This document shows, in pieces, positions 13,480 through 26,394 of a DNA stretch of 64,000 nucleotides. Both the position numbers and the translations under genes were made by a program. The stretch lies in assembly GCF_963921235.1 (NCBI RefSeq), contig NC_086108.1, forward strand, positions 38,566,001 through 38,630,000. Direction: 5' to 3'. Each line of letters starts with the position of its first letter. The first letter of the stretch is position 1. Under the pieces are notes generated by a model. That model was not told the origin of the DNA. It saw only the letters and a list, made by a program, of their open reading frames with translations, and made no database searches. This DNA is from Mobula hypostoma. Lineage: Eukaryota.

Positions 13480-16400
13480 TTCCCAAAGTAAAAGCTGTGG
13501 ATGAACCAGGTTCATTGTCTGCTGAGGGCTAGATCTGTGGCATTTAAGTCTAGTGACCCAGGTCTGTACAAGAAAACCAGGTATGACTTACCGAGGGCTA
13601 TTTCAAGAGTGAAGAGACAATTCTGAGTGAGGCTGGAGGCAACATCGGATGCCCGTCAACTCTGGCAGGGTTTGCAGGACATTACTTCCTACAAAGCAAA
13701 ACCCAATAGCATGAATGGCAATGATGTTTCACTACCGGATGAGCTCAAGACCTTCTATGCCCGCTCTGAAAGGGAGAATATAACTATGGCTGTGAAGATC
13801 CCTGCCGCACCCGGTGACCCTGTTATCTCTGAGTCGAAGGCCAATGCCAGGCTGTCTTTCAGGAGGGTGAATCCTTGCAAGGCTGCAGTCTGCAATGTAG
13901 TACTGAAAACTAGTGCCAATTAACTGGCAGGAGTACTCAAGCACGTTTTCAACCTCTCACTGCTACAGTCAGCAGTTTCCACCTGCTTCAAAAAGGCAAC
14001 AATTATACCAGTGCCCAAGGAAAGTAGTGTGATGCCTTAATGACTATTGCCCAGTAGCACTCACATCTACAGTGATGAAATGCTTTGAGAGATTGGTCAT
14101 AGCCAGACTGTTCTCCTGCCTCAGCAAGGACCTGGACCCACTGCAATTTGCAGTGAGCACTGTCCATCTGAATATCGACTCTGCCTGTCTCCCAGTTCTG
14201 GTTTTTGGATTTCTCTGGAATTTTTGATCTCTGCCTGAGCTTTGGCACTGACTTTGTTGCCCCCCCCCCACCCCCAGATTTGCTACTCAGTAAATATCAC
14301 AGTGCGCACAGGACGTGGTCTGTGATGGGCTCCCTGCTTCAGCTTCCTGACAGTCACCAAAGAAAACTCAAAAACCATGGAGAGCATTCTGACAGGAGCA
14401 TCACTGTGTGGCATTCTGAGTGGGTGGGAGGGGGAGGCCAACTGCACAGGACCAAAATAAGCTACAGAAAGTTGTAAAATAAATCAGCTCCATCTTGGGT
14501 ACTAGCCTCCATATTATCCAAGACATCTTCAAGGAGCGATGCCTCAGAAAGGCAGTGTCCATTAGTAAAGACCCCCATCACCAGGACATGCCCTTTTCCC
14601 ATTGTTACTGTCAGAAAGGAGGTACAGAAACCTGAAGGCACACACTCAGTGATTCAGGAACAGCTTCTTCCCCTCTGCTATCCGATTCCTAAATCGACAT
14701 TGAACCCATGAACACTACCTCCTTTTTTTTGTATTATTTCTGTTTTGCACTTTTTAATCTAACTACTTAATAGATATACTGTAATTGATTTAATTATTTA
14801 TTTCTTCTCTTTCTATATTATCATGTTTGCATTGTACTGCTGCTGCTAAGTAAAGAAACTTCACGACACATGCCGGTGTTAACAAACCTGATTGTGAAAT
14901 AACTCAATTTCTCTCACCCTAGATGCTGTAGGCATTGAGGGTGGGGATCATTTTCAATCATCTCCTCCAATCAACTGTTTTATTGTCCACCATGCTTCAT
15001 AATTAGACATGGCAGGCCACAAACAAGTAATGATTTGGCCTAATGAACATAGGAACACAAAGCTCCATCTACTGCATGCGACTTTTGTCACCTGGCACAT
15101 GTATGTAGCTCTGTGGTACGAGGCAACAAACAAAGTGTTGGAAGGAGTCGGCAGATCAGTCAGCATGTATTAAGGCTTGAAACATCGACTGTTCATTCCC
15201 CTCCATAAATGCTGCCTGACCTGCTGATTGCCTCCAGCACTTTGTGTGTTGGCCTGGATTTCCAACACCTTTTGTCTGTAGTACAGTTTTGACAATTGCT
15301 ATCTGATTGTTAGGTTAACCCCGTGTTCAAACCTCATGCCTCTCTGCATTTCTCATTGAACCAGGATCATCTCCTTGCTAGATTGTAGAAGCAAAGAAGT
15401 GATCTTCTGAACCATAAGATGAAATACATTGTTGCTTCTGCTTGATAGTGCAAAACTTTCACAGATGCAAAGTCTTGTGCCAGCCATTTGGCACCACTGT
15501 AGTATTATGGAGCTTTACTTCAGTCAGGAATGAGATTTTCTCTCCATAAGGACTATGCAGTGATCCAGTGTTGTCCTAGGTGGATGCATCCTTCACAGAT
15601 AAACTTGTGAGATGGTAAAGGGATTAACCAGTGCCAATGTCCATGTAATGATACTTTCGAAACCTTTTGCAAAGAGCTAGAGTAGCTAGACTGCAGTCAG
15701 TTGGTTGGAATCTTAATTAATGAAACAAGATATTTCTGGGGATATACCAGTAATTTTCATGATGTCTTGTACTTCTCTAGATGTCTCCTAATCTTTCATT
15801 TTTTTCTCAGTGTCCATTTTTCCAGTTTCAATCTATTATATTAAGGCACCTTGGAAACTTGCTTAGTGGCCATTCCACCACTGGTGTTTAGGACAGCAAT
15901 GAAGGTCCTGTCCTCCATCTCTATGTGTCCTTGGCTATCAAAACCAATCTTGCTCTTGGTCTTGGCAGTGTTCAGGGCTTCCTTCATCAAGCCAGCTTCC
16001 TCTGTTTTCACTGCTGTCAGCTATGCACATGCTAGGTGGAGACTCAGGAATACCTTCACACACAGACGTAGAAAGATTCTTCATTGCTGTTTCCAGAACA
16101 ATTTTGTTTTAAAAACAAAATTGTTTTGTTCAAAAGTAATTCCTTGCAGACTGAGAAGCCATCAATGTGTTCTTCTGTTATTTTCAAACAAAACAACTGC
16201 TAACTAATCCTGCCAGGATTGTGTGCATTGATATCATGAGTTTTTGCTGTGGCCTCTACTACATCTACGTTGGCAGAATATCCCTCAGTGTTATAGCACC
16301 TCAGAGATTATTCACTAGTAGTCTGAATAAACGTATTGTCAATAAAACTGGTGACGTGAGGATTAAAGGCCCAGGGGTTCCCAGCCTTTTTTAATGGTTC

Positions 16401-17393
16401 CCGACCATTAAGCAAGGCCCTCAGGTTGAAAAGCCCTGCTTTAGCTTCTGCTACTCATAAGCACTGTTGAAGTGGATGATTCCTCGTTGTGGAAGGAGTG
16501 ATATCTGTCTCTCCCTTGTTAGTGAGAGAGAGAGAGGGGGAGAGAGAGCCTGTGGGATGTTGAAATATTGGAGTGAACGGTTTGTTTTTGATGTATGGTA
16601 GACCATGGTCTCTCATTGGAGTTTTGCTGGTGCTTACATATTGAGTGGTGGGAATGCTGATGCTTCATCCTAGAATAAGTGGGGGGAGGGGGAGTGGGAG
16701 GATATATGCTGTTTGCTGCTGCATGTGCATGGGTGAGGGGGAAGAGGCTTCGCGATTGTACTTTTTTTCCTGTCATTCGTTCTTTGGGGTTTTTCCTTCT
16801 CTTTCGAGGATGTCTGCGGAGAGTGAGAATTTCAGGTTATATATTGTATATATTCTGTGATATTAAATGGAACCATTGAACCTGATGGGCTTCCACAATA
16901 AAGCACGGAGCAAGAAGAATAAGGCATATCCTTTGATGGCTTTGCTGGTGCATGTAGTATAAATGCACAGAAGATTGCAAATGGTTCACTATTTCTTTGG
17001 CTCTCATTAAATCTGTCACAGTGTCCCAGCATTCTATCATATACTGACACTCTCCAAGAAAGTCTGCTGATTGGCGTGGTTTGTTGTAAGATTGTGGTCC
17101 AGGCTTCCTCTGTAAGTCTTTGGCCATCACCAATAAAATGTCCCACTGGAAAAGTCTGCTATCCAACCAAGAGACAACACAGTCTCCTGAAGCTTATTGT
17201 AATTTTTCATTTCATGATTTCAATAACTTTATGAGACATTGGTTGCAAAAACAGGAAATAGTATTTTAATCAAGGCATTTAAATATAGTTCACAGGATTT
17301 AGTCAATATAAATTGATATTTTATGAGAATTGTTGATGTAAAAATTGTGCATTTCAACTGTAAATGTTTCACTGATACTTCCCTGTAATTTAG

Positions 17394-17582
17394 CACCATG
17401 TATTTTGACAAAAGAAGATTTTACAAATAAAGGTGTAGCATTGAAGTGGAAATTCGAAACAAGAATAGATGTGAAAGATGGGGATGTTTTAGAATTCAGC
17501 TGCCGTGAAGGATATGAAATTGAACCTCCAGCACGGAGATACTGCCGTAATGGACATTTGGAAATTCCCAGGTGCATTAGTG
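17394..17582 (+). CDS. Exon: terminal-type CCP domain (factor H CCP20 / F13B CCP10-like)
   Basis: atttag| acceptor, G|gtaagt donor, 189 nt, phase 1-1. PCILTKEDFTNKGVALKWKFETRIDVKDGDVLEFSCREGY..RRYCRNGHLEIPRC has the atypical terminal-module pattern (LxW after the first Cys, EFxC, no canonical Trp before the last Cys). Confidence 0.92.
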
Positions 17583-19711
17583 GTAAGTGAAACTGATCAA
17601 TGTAAATAAAACTGAACTGCCATTTAGCTTTTTATTTAACCTCTACCTCAACAAATAACTTAATTTTGCATTGTTTGTTAAAGAAAACAACAGAGGAATT
17701 TTGCAGCTGAAAATGCCCCTGTAAGTAAGAGACAGGTATCTTTGGGAGAGAGAACAATGTTTCCCATGATTTCCATTAAAAATATTGCAGGTAACAGCAA
17801 ACAAAAAAAAATGTCATTAGAATTTTCAGAATGAATTTTGAATAAGTGAATGAACTTCAGTTAAATGTAGTACACTATGTTAGAAAGCCATGAACTCAGG
17901 GTTGGTAGGTTAATTGGCTACTGTAAGTTACCTTGATGTAATAGGATACTCAGGATGAAGTTGATGGTCATGTGTGAGAGGATAGGTTATAGGGAATTAA
18001 ATATGGGCGTCAGCTAGCTACCTGAGTACAATATACTGTAAGAATGCAAGTTTATTCCTTACTGGATAGGATGGAGCGGGTGAATCCTTCCTCAGGGAAA
18101 GAGAAATCTCAAGTGTGACTTTAATAAAGATGTTTTGCTAAAATGGAGACCTTTTGCTTCTGGAAGCAAACAAAAGCAGTGGTCATCAATGTGATTGTTG
18201 CAAAATAAAAATTACTTTGAAAGTGTTTACCCACAGAGCGCTGCAAATGTGGAGTTCACTTCTAGGTGAATAGCTTTAGGATCATGTTGTTAAAGCAGAT
18301 TAACTGTGGAAGAAACTTATTACCTACCACGTAAGCAGAACCATGGACAGTTTGGGCTTGAAGCCCAATTCCGTGGTGAATTTTCTATGTCACGTATTTA
18401 CAGTGGGGTAGAAATGAAAATCAAAGAAGTTGTGTAGAACACATAAAATTTAGTGAGACCACATTTGGAAGTCTTAAAAATGCTCTGAGTTTAAAAGATC
18501 CTATTGTTGAACTTCCATATTTCAGCAACGCTGCAAACATTATTTGCCATTTAGTTCCAGTATATTATCTGAAGTGCAGTATGGGCATTTTACTGTAGCG
18601 CTGGTCAAATGATAGGAAAAGATTTGGACACATTGTATTTGTCGGCAAATAGATTAATCTTGATGTTAGTTTGTAAGCATCTCTGTTTAACATCAGCTCT
18701 CCCAAAATGGAGCACAATATTGCACATACTACATACATATAGCACTTGTGGAAGATTGTGTGTTGTGGAAAGGACTTACCCATCTAGTTAAAGAGATCAT
18801 TGATCATTTGGTTAGTTTCTGATTGATTTATAATGAGTGCTTGTTATGTTTGATGCTTATAAACTGCTTTGAAATTGACAAAGTCTACAGGCCACAGCTG
18901 CACAGGAACTGGTGGGCTGTCTTGATGTCAGCAATAACTATATATAGTTATAACAGACCTGTGTATATACAGGCATTCCTCTTGTAGTGCAACATAAATA
19001 AATATATAAATACAAGACATCCTACTCAAAGAAGTAAAAGGTAAAAGGGTAAATGTAATCTCAGTAGAAAGCTACAAGGAACAATTTTCCTGTGTACATT
19101 TTAATGAAGTTCAAAGCTTGCGATTCAGTAAGTGGTTCTCAATGAGATGTGCTACATGCATCGAGCAAAGTTATTAACATCATTGTTGCCAAAACCATTA
19201 AAGCTACATTCTGTCTGCATGGGTTAATTACACAACACAATCTATAGATGTCGTTAAGAGAATGTAGTTGTACTGGAAAAGACGATAAAACTATTTCCTA
19301 AAATGGCAATGGAACTGAGGCAGCAGATCTATCAGGAAATGCTGATTCTCTGGAAAAGAATGTCTCAGATAGGATCTGATGGCTCAGGTTTATACATTAA
19401 AGATATAAAGGCTAGTTCATCCAGCTCATGCAACCAGAACTAGAGACCTGAAAAATGAAACACTTATCACTAATCCAGTAGAGATCACAGGATGAATGTC
19501 ACCAGCTTGAAAGTAGTTTTAATTTAGAATTAGGTAACAGGAGAAATGGTGGAGCAAAGAGCAATGATGGTTACAGATGGGAGAAAGGAATGGAAGCTTT
19601 TATTCAGGAGGTTATAAGTTTATTTGTTTAAACTTCAAAAGAGAAAACATGTTAAACATTGGTATATTGGGCTAAATATCCGTTTCTATGCAGTAAATAA
19701 GGTGTAACTCA

Positions 19712-20154
19712 AAGCAGTCATAGAGTCCATTCTCACGTACGGATGCAAGACGTGGACACTCACCAAGATGATGTGAAAGTCTCTGGATGGTTGCTATATA
19801 CGAATCCTCTTGAAGTGAGTTGACAACAGCACATGACGAACGTTGAGCTCTATAACAATCTACTGATGCTCTCCACTAAAATCAAGACGAGAAGACTGCA
19901 ACTAGCGGGGCACTGTCTACGCCATCCCGAGCTACCTGCCAGCCTAGTCATCATATGGGAGCCCAATCACGGGAGGATGAACCCTGAGTGCCCTCCCAAG
20001 ACTGTGGTCAACACGCTCATAGAAGACAGCGGCGCGGCTAATGTAGATGAACTGAACACACTGATGAGGGAGAGGGAGAAGTGGAGAGTCCGTCATCGTG
20101 CCCGACGCCAGCCCCCTAGGCCTGAGTCGATGTAGTAGTAGCAATAGTAGTAGT
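19712..20154 (+). mobile_element. RTE-clade LINE 3' fragment with (TAG)n tail
   Basis: ESILTYGCKTW in a neighbouring frame, KIKTRRLQLAGHCLRHPE..REREKWR, and a tagtagtag tail. Confidence 0.8.
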
Positions 20155-20463
20155 AACTCATTGTCTTTGACACACTTTTGAACATAAGTATTATTTTGAA
20201 TGTAACAAATTTCTTTATTGTAACTATGATACTACATTTGTTGACATGAAGTGAATACATCTAAGTTACCATTTGGAAGTAATAAGGCACAAAGGAGAAG
20301 ATTTTTATTGGAGCATTGGTACCTGTCATTATTATTGGCTGTTGAGTTTCCCACATTTTCTAAAACTTGGTGGATTTAATATTTAATGGTAGTACTTTTG
20401 AATTATTTTGCTTTTAATGTTTAGCTTTTAGTACCATCTTTAACATGTCTTTTTCTTCTGCAG

Positions 20464-20571
20464 ATGTTAGGAATGAATGCAGTCATTTAGAATATTTTGC
20501 TTGCCAATCATGTAGAAATGATGAAATCTGTACTGAATATAATTCAAAAAGGGTATCAATAACAAGACCAG
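20464..20571 (+). CDS. Putative exon: Cys-rich segment following the terminal CCP
   Basis: Strong acceptor (tctttttcttctgcag|), G|gtaatt donor, 108 nt, phase 1-1, open: DVRNECSHLEYFACQSCRNDEICTEYNSKRVSITRP. Confidence 0.75.
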
Positions 20572-21421
20572 GTAATTTCTTTTCCCAATGTCCCTTCTAG
20601 TATAGTACAGTATCTTGCAATTGATTCAGGTGTGCAATAATAATGCATTAAGTATTAAATGAAAAATATCTGTGGCATCTTGTCTAGTCTGGAGCAACCT
20701 TGTTGCAACTGTCAGAAAGCAAAGCAAGGATGAACCTGCAGAGCAGCAGCTGAGGACGTCTCCCATCTTAATTTCCATTTGTTAAGCTATATTTCTGTAG
20801 TCATAAGTAAAACTACATTAAAAAGTTAAAGAATCTCAAATGCCTCAAAGTTAAAAATCTGTGACTCTCAATAACTTTTCAGAAATTCAACAAAGGGAGT
20901 TGTAATGATCTCTTCATCTTTCCAAGCATCTGGGAGTGGTTAAAAATATGATTTCCATCTACTTATATCTTCTTAGTGAGAACACATCTCAATTTACCAC
21001 AAGGAGATATTTTTCGAATATATCCAGAGATTACCTTTTGGTAATTGCTCTTCATTTTTAAAAGTCAATTCACAGTCTCAATAGTAGTGCTTTTGTAACA
21101 TTTCTGGGTTAATATTTCATGAACTTTTGAGGTCCTTTCACAGCAAAGCCAAACTAATCTCAATTTTAAAGTTGAGCCTGGACTATGTTCTTTGCAGCAT
21201 CAACCCATGATGCCAAATTGATTGAATGAGCCTTTTAAACATTTGCACATTCAGAAGTTCTCATATGAAAAGGCTTAATTGACTTTGGAAAAAATGTTAT
21301 TTATTGCTTGTTAGTTGTTGCAGTTTTTGTTTTGTTGTTGAAATAAAGGAATATATTTTGATTTTATGCATATTTTCTATTTTCTCTGATTTATCTGTAA
21401 ATATCTTGTTTCAATACATAG

Positions 21422-21639
21422 ATCTGAGCACAGTTTTATTAGATGGTCACGGAAAAAAGAGCAATGCTTTGTTCTCAGTGAAGACTACCAGAGCAACGAG
21501 AAAAACCACTTTAAAGTTTTTTATAAAAGAATCCAAAAATGCAAAAATGGAAGTAATATTTGGCACAGAGCCTCAAAGCATACTGTATGAACAACCTGCA
21601 GTAGGAGAATATTGCTTTCCATTTACCAGAACTAATACA
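21422..21639 (+). CDS. Putative exon: non-CCP C-terminal domain of the FH-like protein
   Basis: acatag| acceptor, |gtaagt donor, phase 1 to 0, open: DLSTVLLDGHGKKSNALFSVKTTRATRKTTLKFFIKESKNAKMEVIFGTEPQSILYEQPAVGEYCFPFTRTNT. Confidence 0.72.
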
Positions 21640-23232
21640 GTAAGTATACACATACGCACTTCCCTCTATATAACATCATAGCCTTGAGGAAAACTATGAA
21701 TTGAGATTTCAGAAGGTAATTACATTAACTTTCACAGTACATTATTCCCCAGAATAATTTTGTAAGGATACTGATCTGTACTTCCCTTTATAACGTCACT
21801 GCCTTTGAGATTGCGGTACAGGGAGAATGCAGAATTGCTTCCATTCTGTCCTCTGGTGAAGTGTATGTGCCTCTTAAACGTCCCTAATGTATCTGCCTCT
21901 CCCACTGAACCTGGCTGTGAATTCCACACATCTCCCACTCTCTGTGAAAAACTTAATTGCAGGAGCATCACAGGCACATGGAACTATATAAACAATATTT
22001 TAAAGAAAAACATAACTTATACAGGAAACATAAATAATACACAATTTTTACAAGAAAAAATATTACAATTGCAACAGAAAAACAAAGTCCATTTTACTGC
22101 GAAGTGTTTAAAGTGTTCACAGTCAATAAACTCTAGTGATTATGATTTTGTCAGTTGTCTCAAGTACCAAATGGTTAAAGGGAATTAGTAGTCCTTGAAC
22201 CTGGTGATATGGGCCTTCAGGCTTCTGTACTTCCTGCCCAAATGGTAGCTATGTAAAGATGGCAGGGCCCAGTTGATGGGTATCTTTGATGATGGATGTT
22301 TTCTTCTTGAGCTAGTGCCTGCTGTAGGTAGTGCTGATGGTGGGGAGAAATGTGCCTGTGATGTATTGGGCAGAGTTCACTATTCTCTTCAGTTGCTTTA
22401 TGTTCCTGCACATCTGAATTGCATCTGAATCTGAAGTGTAGATGGGTTATTTTTCAGATGGAGGGCTGCAGCTTATGGAGAGATGGGGGGAGCTGGTTCA
22501 TCATTTATATCAGTAATTTGTTTGAATGGATTAGGTATAATATCTGCAACTTTTCTGGTGATAGGAAACTGGGAAGTATGTAGGTTGTTAGGAGAATGCA
22601 GAAAAGCTTCAAAAGAAAATGGACAAGATATATGAATAGCAAGGTAATGGAAGGTAGGATGTTGTGCAAAGAAATGAAAGGGTGGATATGTCTTAAAATG
22701 CTGAGAGATGGAAATTGAGTAATGGCCTAGCCTTTATTGTGCAAGGAACTGAGTAGAGGAGTAAAGATGTATTTCTGAAGGTATTATTGGATTGAGTCCT
22801 GGGATGATGGAGTTGAATATGAGAGGAGATTTAGCAGACTGAGCTGGTACTCTTGGTTGTTTAGAAGAAAGAGAAGTGAACCTTACAATGTTCTTTCAGG
22901 TCTTGACAGAGTAGGTGCAAAGATGATATTTCCCTTGGCTTGAGTGTGCAGACCCAGGGATCCCTATAAGGAGCTGGACATTCAGGACTAAGATTAGAAG
23001 TTTTTTTTCACACATGTAGGGAATTTTCAAAAATCTTCCACCCCTAGAAGGCTGTCAAGCTCAGTGACTGAAACCATTCAAGACAAATCAAACAGATTTT
23101 CTTGGGAACAAGTGAATCAGAGATACAGGATTAGTACTGTAAAGGATGCTGTGGGAAAAGGTCAACTCTCAGCAGATGGGAGATGCTTAATGACATAGTC
23201 CAGCATCTGTTTTTATCTGTTTGCTCAAGATG

Positions 23233-23292
23233 TCTTCATTCTTATTCTGAAAGGATTTTGTTTCTTCATTCTTATTCTAAAAGGATTTTGTT
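23233..23292. repeat. 30-bp tandem duplication
   Basis: TCTTCATTCTTATTCT(G/A)AAAGGATTTTGTT present twice. Confidence 0.85.
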
Positions 23293-23786
23293 TGCAGCTT
23301 GAATCCATTACTCTTCCTACATTAATTAGAAGACTACTCATCGGGCATAATCCACATACAGTTGTGAGAGAGGAAGGTCCTGGGTGCTTATTTGATGACA
23401 ACTGCTGGAGATGACATTATTGTTTTTTTAAATTAGGATGCTGGGTTTGTTGGTTCTTGTACATAGGCAAAAAGAAGTTAATTTCACTACTCAAGCAAAA
23501 GGTGCACGGGAATTCTCTGCATCCTAGCCAATGTACAACTCTCAGCAAACAGCACTGAAATAGTTAATCTGGTCATATCTTTTCAGTTTGTGGGGTTTGG
23601 CTGAGCAGAAATCAGTTGCCACATTTGTCTGCATAAGTTAGGTAACTGGCTGCACAGATATCTGGTTTACCTCAAGGGCATACGTTCAAAAAGTGCATCT
23701 CTCCCTGACCCCCATGTACTTTATGTGCTTTTTGTGTATGTTTTGGAAGAGTCGTTTGATGTGCGTTTATAATTTTTGTCTTGTAG

Positions 23787-23852
23787 ATCACTTTCAATGT
23801 TACATTCTCCGGAAATTTCAGGATTAGATTTGATAAAAAAAAGTCAATATGA
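23787..23852 (+). CDS. Putative last coding exon of the FH-like gene (exon extends to donor at 23878)
   Basis: tttttgtcttgtag| acceptor, phase 0: ITFNVTFSGNFRIRFDKKKSI*. Donor G|gtaagt lies 26 nt after the stop. Confidence 0.62.
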   Translation: MTFNVTFSGNFRIRFDKKKSI

Positions 23853-23984
23853 GAGCTAAAAGTTTGAAAGTTGAAATGGTAAGTGACCATATTGACAAAA
23901 AATATATATTTTTCTGGTACAAATCACCTTCTAGGAAAGTCAGAATCAATATTTGATTACCAAAATTGACTTGTTCTTAAGACC

Positions 23985-24430
23985 ATGACACCATTAGACA
24001 TAGGAGCAGAACTAGGCCATTCAGTCCATCGACTCTGCTCCATTATTCAGTCGTGGCTGATATATTATCACTCTCAACCCCATTTTACTGCCTTCTCCAC
24101 ATTACCTTTCATGTCCTTACTCATCAAGAACCTATCAATCTCCCATTAAGTACACCCAATGACTAAGCCTCCAGAGTCGTCTGTGGGAATGAATTCCATA
24201 GATTCACGAACCTCTGGCGAAAGAAGTTCCGCCTTATCTCTGTTCTAAAAGGATGTCTTCGTATTCTGAGGCTGTGCCCTCTGGTCCTAGACTCCCCCGC
24301 TATTGGAAGGATCCTCTCCATGTCCACTCTATCAAGGCCCTTCAATATTTGATAGGTTTCAATGAGATCCCTATTTATTCTTCTAAACTCCAGCAAGTAT
24401 AGGCTCAGAGCGATCAAACATTCTTCATAC
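23985..24430 (-). mobile_element. CR1 LINE 3' fragment
   Basis: DLIETYQILKGLDRVD..RGHSLRI..NLWNSFPQ plus 3' tail. Confidence 0.85.
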
Positions 24431-24604
24431 AAGTATTATTATATTTTAATATAATAGGCAATACATACTGCATCCACCATATTCTCATGTGAGAAGGTGG
24501 ATGATTGGAACATGGAAAGAGTGCCAGTTGATAAGCACTAAATTTCTTCAGTAGACTGGAGCTCCACCATGTGAGGTGTCACACTTTGGGTGCAAGGTGA
24601 GAAC

Positions 24605-25445
24605 AAAATGAAAATCAAATTTATTATTACTGACATGACATGAAATTTGATGTTTTGCAGCAGAAAAGTGCAAAAACATAAAAAATATATAAATTAGAAA
24701 AATAAATGAATAACGCAAAGTAAGAAATAACAAGGTAGTGCTTACGGACAATTCAGATATCTGATAGTGGGGAAGAAGTACCTGTCTCTAAATCACTGAT
24801 TGTGTGTCTTCTGGCTTCTGTACCGATTATCTGATGGCAGTAACGAAAAGGGGGCATGTCCTCAACAGTGAGGGTACTTAATGATGGTTGCCACCTTCTT
24901 GAGGGATCGCCTTTTGTAAATTACTTCAGTGGTGTGCAGGGTTGTGCCCAGGATGGAGTAGCTGAGTCAATAATCCCAGCAGCCTCTTGCAGTCCTGTTC
25001 ATTGGAGACTCTATACCAGGCAGTGGTCCAACCAGTCAGAACCTTCTCCACCACACATCTAGTAATTTGTAAGAATATCTGGTGACATACTACATATCCT
25101 CAAAGCCTTAACAAAGTAAAGCTGCTAATGTGCCTAATTCATGATTGCAGTAGTGCATTAGGCCCAGGGTAAATCCCTTGAGATGTTGACATCCAGAAAC
25201 TTCAAAATGCTCACCCTTGCCACCATTGACCCATTAACGAGAATTATGTGTGTGTTCCCCTGAATTCCCCTTGCTGAAGTCTACAATTAGATCACTGGTC
25301 TTGCAAATGTTGAGTGTGATGTTGTTGTATTTAACACTACTCAACCAGCCGATCTATCTAACTCCTGTAAGCCTTTTCTTTACCATCTGAGATTCTACAA
25401 ACAGTGGTATCATAGGTGAATTTATAGATGACATTTGAGCATGGA
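24605..25445 (-). mobile_element. Rex1/Babar-like LINE 3' fragment
   Basis: Minus-strand IYKFTYDTTV (degenerate KFADD) and an AATAAA-tail structure at ~24620. Confidence 0.6.
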
Positions 25446-25469
25446 CTAAAAGACATCCTTGAGATATCT

Positions 25470-26190
25470 GTATGACTTGTTGCATTTGGGAAAATAATCA
25501 AGGGTATTACTTTCACAATGACTAGTAAAACCCTGGGGAGTATTGTAGAAGAGAAAGACTGAGGCAGAGAAGTACATGGTTCCCTGAAAGTGGAGACACA
25601 GATAGACAGGGTAATGAAGACTTTTGTCATGGAAGCCTTTATCAGTCAAGGTTTTGAATATAGAAGTTGGGTTGCTACATTGCTCTTGTACAAGATTTTG
25701 GATTTCAGTTTTGGTCACCCTATTACAGGAAGGATGCCATGAAGCTGGTGCGTAGGTCATTTCCAAGGATGTTGCTAGAACGTGAGGAACTGAGTTTTGG
25801 AGAGAGCTTAAGATGGCTGGGACTTTTTTCATTTAGAACCTAGGGGAAATGAAGGGTGACTTTGTAGAGCTGTGTAGAATCACAAGGAGCAGAGCTAGAA
25901 TCAACGTGCACAATCTTTTACCCACGGTGGGAGAATTAAGAGCCAAAGAGCATGAGATAAGAAGGGAGAAATTTAACAGGAACCTGAAGGACAACTTGTA
26001 TACCAGAGGATGGTCAGTAAATGGAATGAGCTGACAGAAGTGGTAGATGCAGGTACATTAAAAGAGAGTTGGACAGGAGAGGGGGTATATGAAACAAATT
26101 CAGACAAATGGGACTAGTTTGGGTGAGAATCTTGTTTGCCATGGACCAGTTGGACCATAGGGCTTGTTTCCAAACTGTGCGACTCTTTGA
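25470..26190 (+). mobile_element. Old CR1 LINE 3' fragment
   Basis: Degenerate CR1 ORF2 C-terminal sequence (cagttttggtcacc; MKGDFVELCRITR). Confidence 0.65.
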
Positions 26191-26394
26191 ATCTACATAA
26201 CCAAATGAAAGGTATTAAAGGAGGTTTGAGCGAGTCACGGGAGTTCTAATACTAAAGCACACTCCACAATTCAAATCCCAACTACAGCAACAGTAAGGCT
26301 GGATTTTACTTTTCCTTTCCCTTTTCTCATCAGATCAGCTAAATTATTGCTACAGCATTTGTGACTCAATGTGTCTATTTCTTTACCATGTATA

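Larger units (their letters stand above)
11960..14890 (+). mobile_element. Rex1/Babar LINE, degraded, interrupted by nested insertions
   Basis: ARQLWQGLQDITSYK..LPDELKTFYA, followed by RT-region sequence ([30 protein letters not shown]). Interrupted at 12235-12352 and 12538-13479. Confidence 0.8.

Noticed and set aside
16372..16438. Tiny hAT-like MITE (caggggttcccagcct...aggttgaaaagccctg)
   Set aside because: The inverted repeats are imperfect and there is no clear 8-bp TSD; too weak to list as a feature.
4461..17582. Assigning the symbol CFH or F13B
   Set aside because: The CCP19-like exon favours CFH, but the terminal module shares features with both. The 5' exons are outside the window, so orthology cannot be established.
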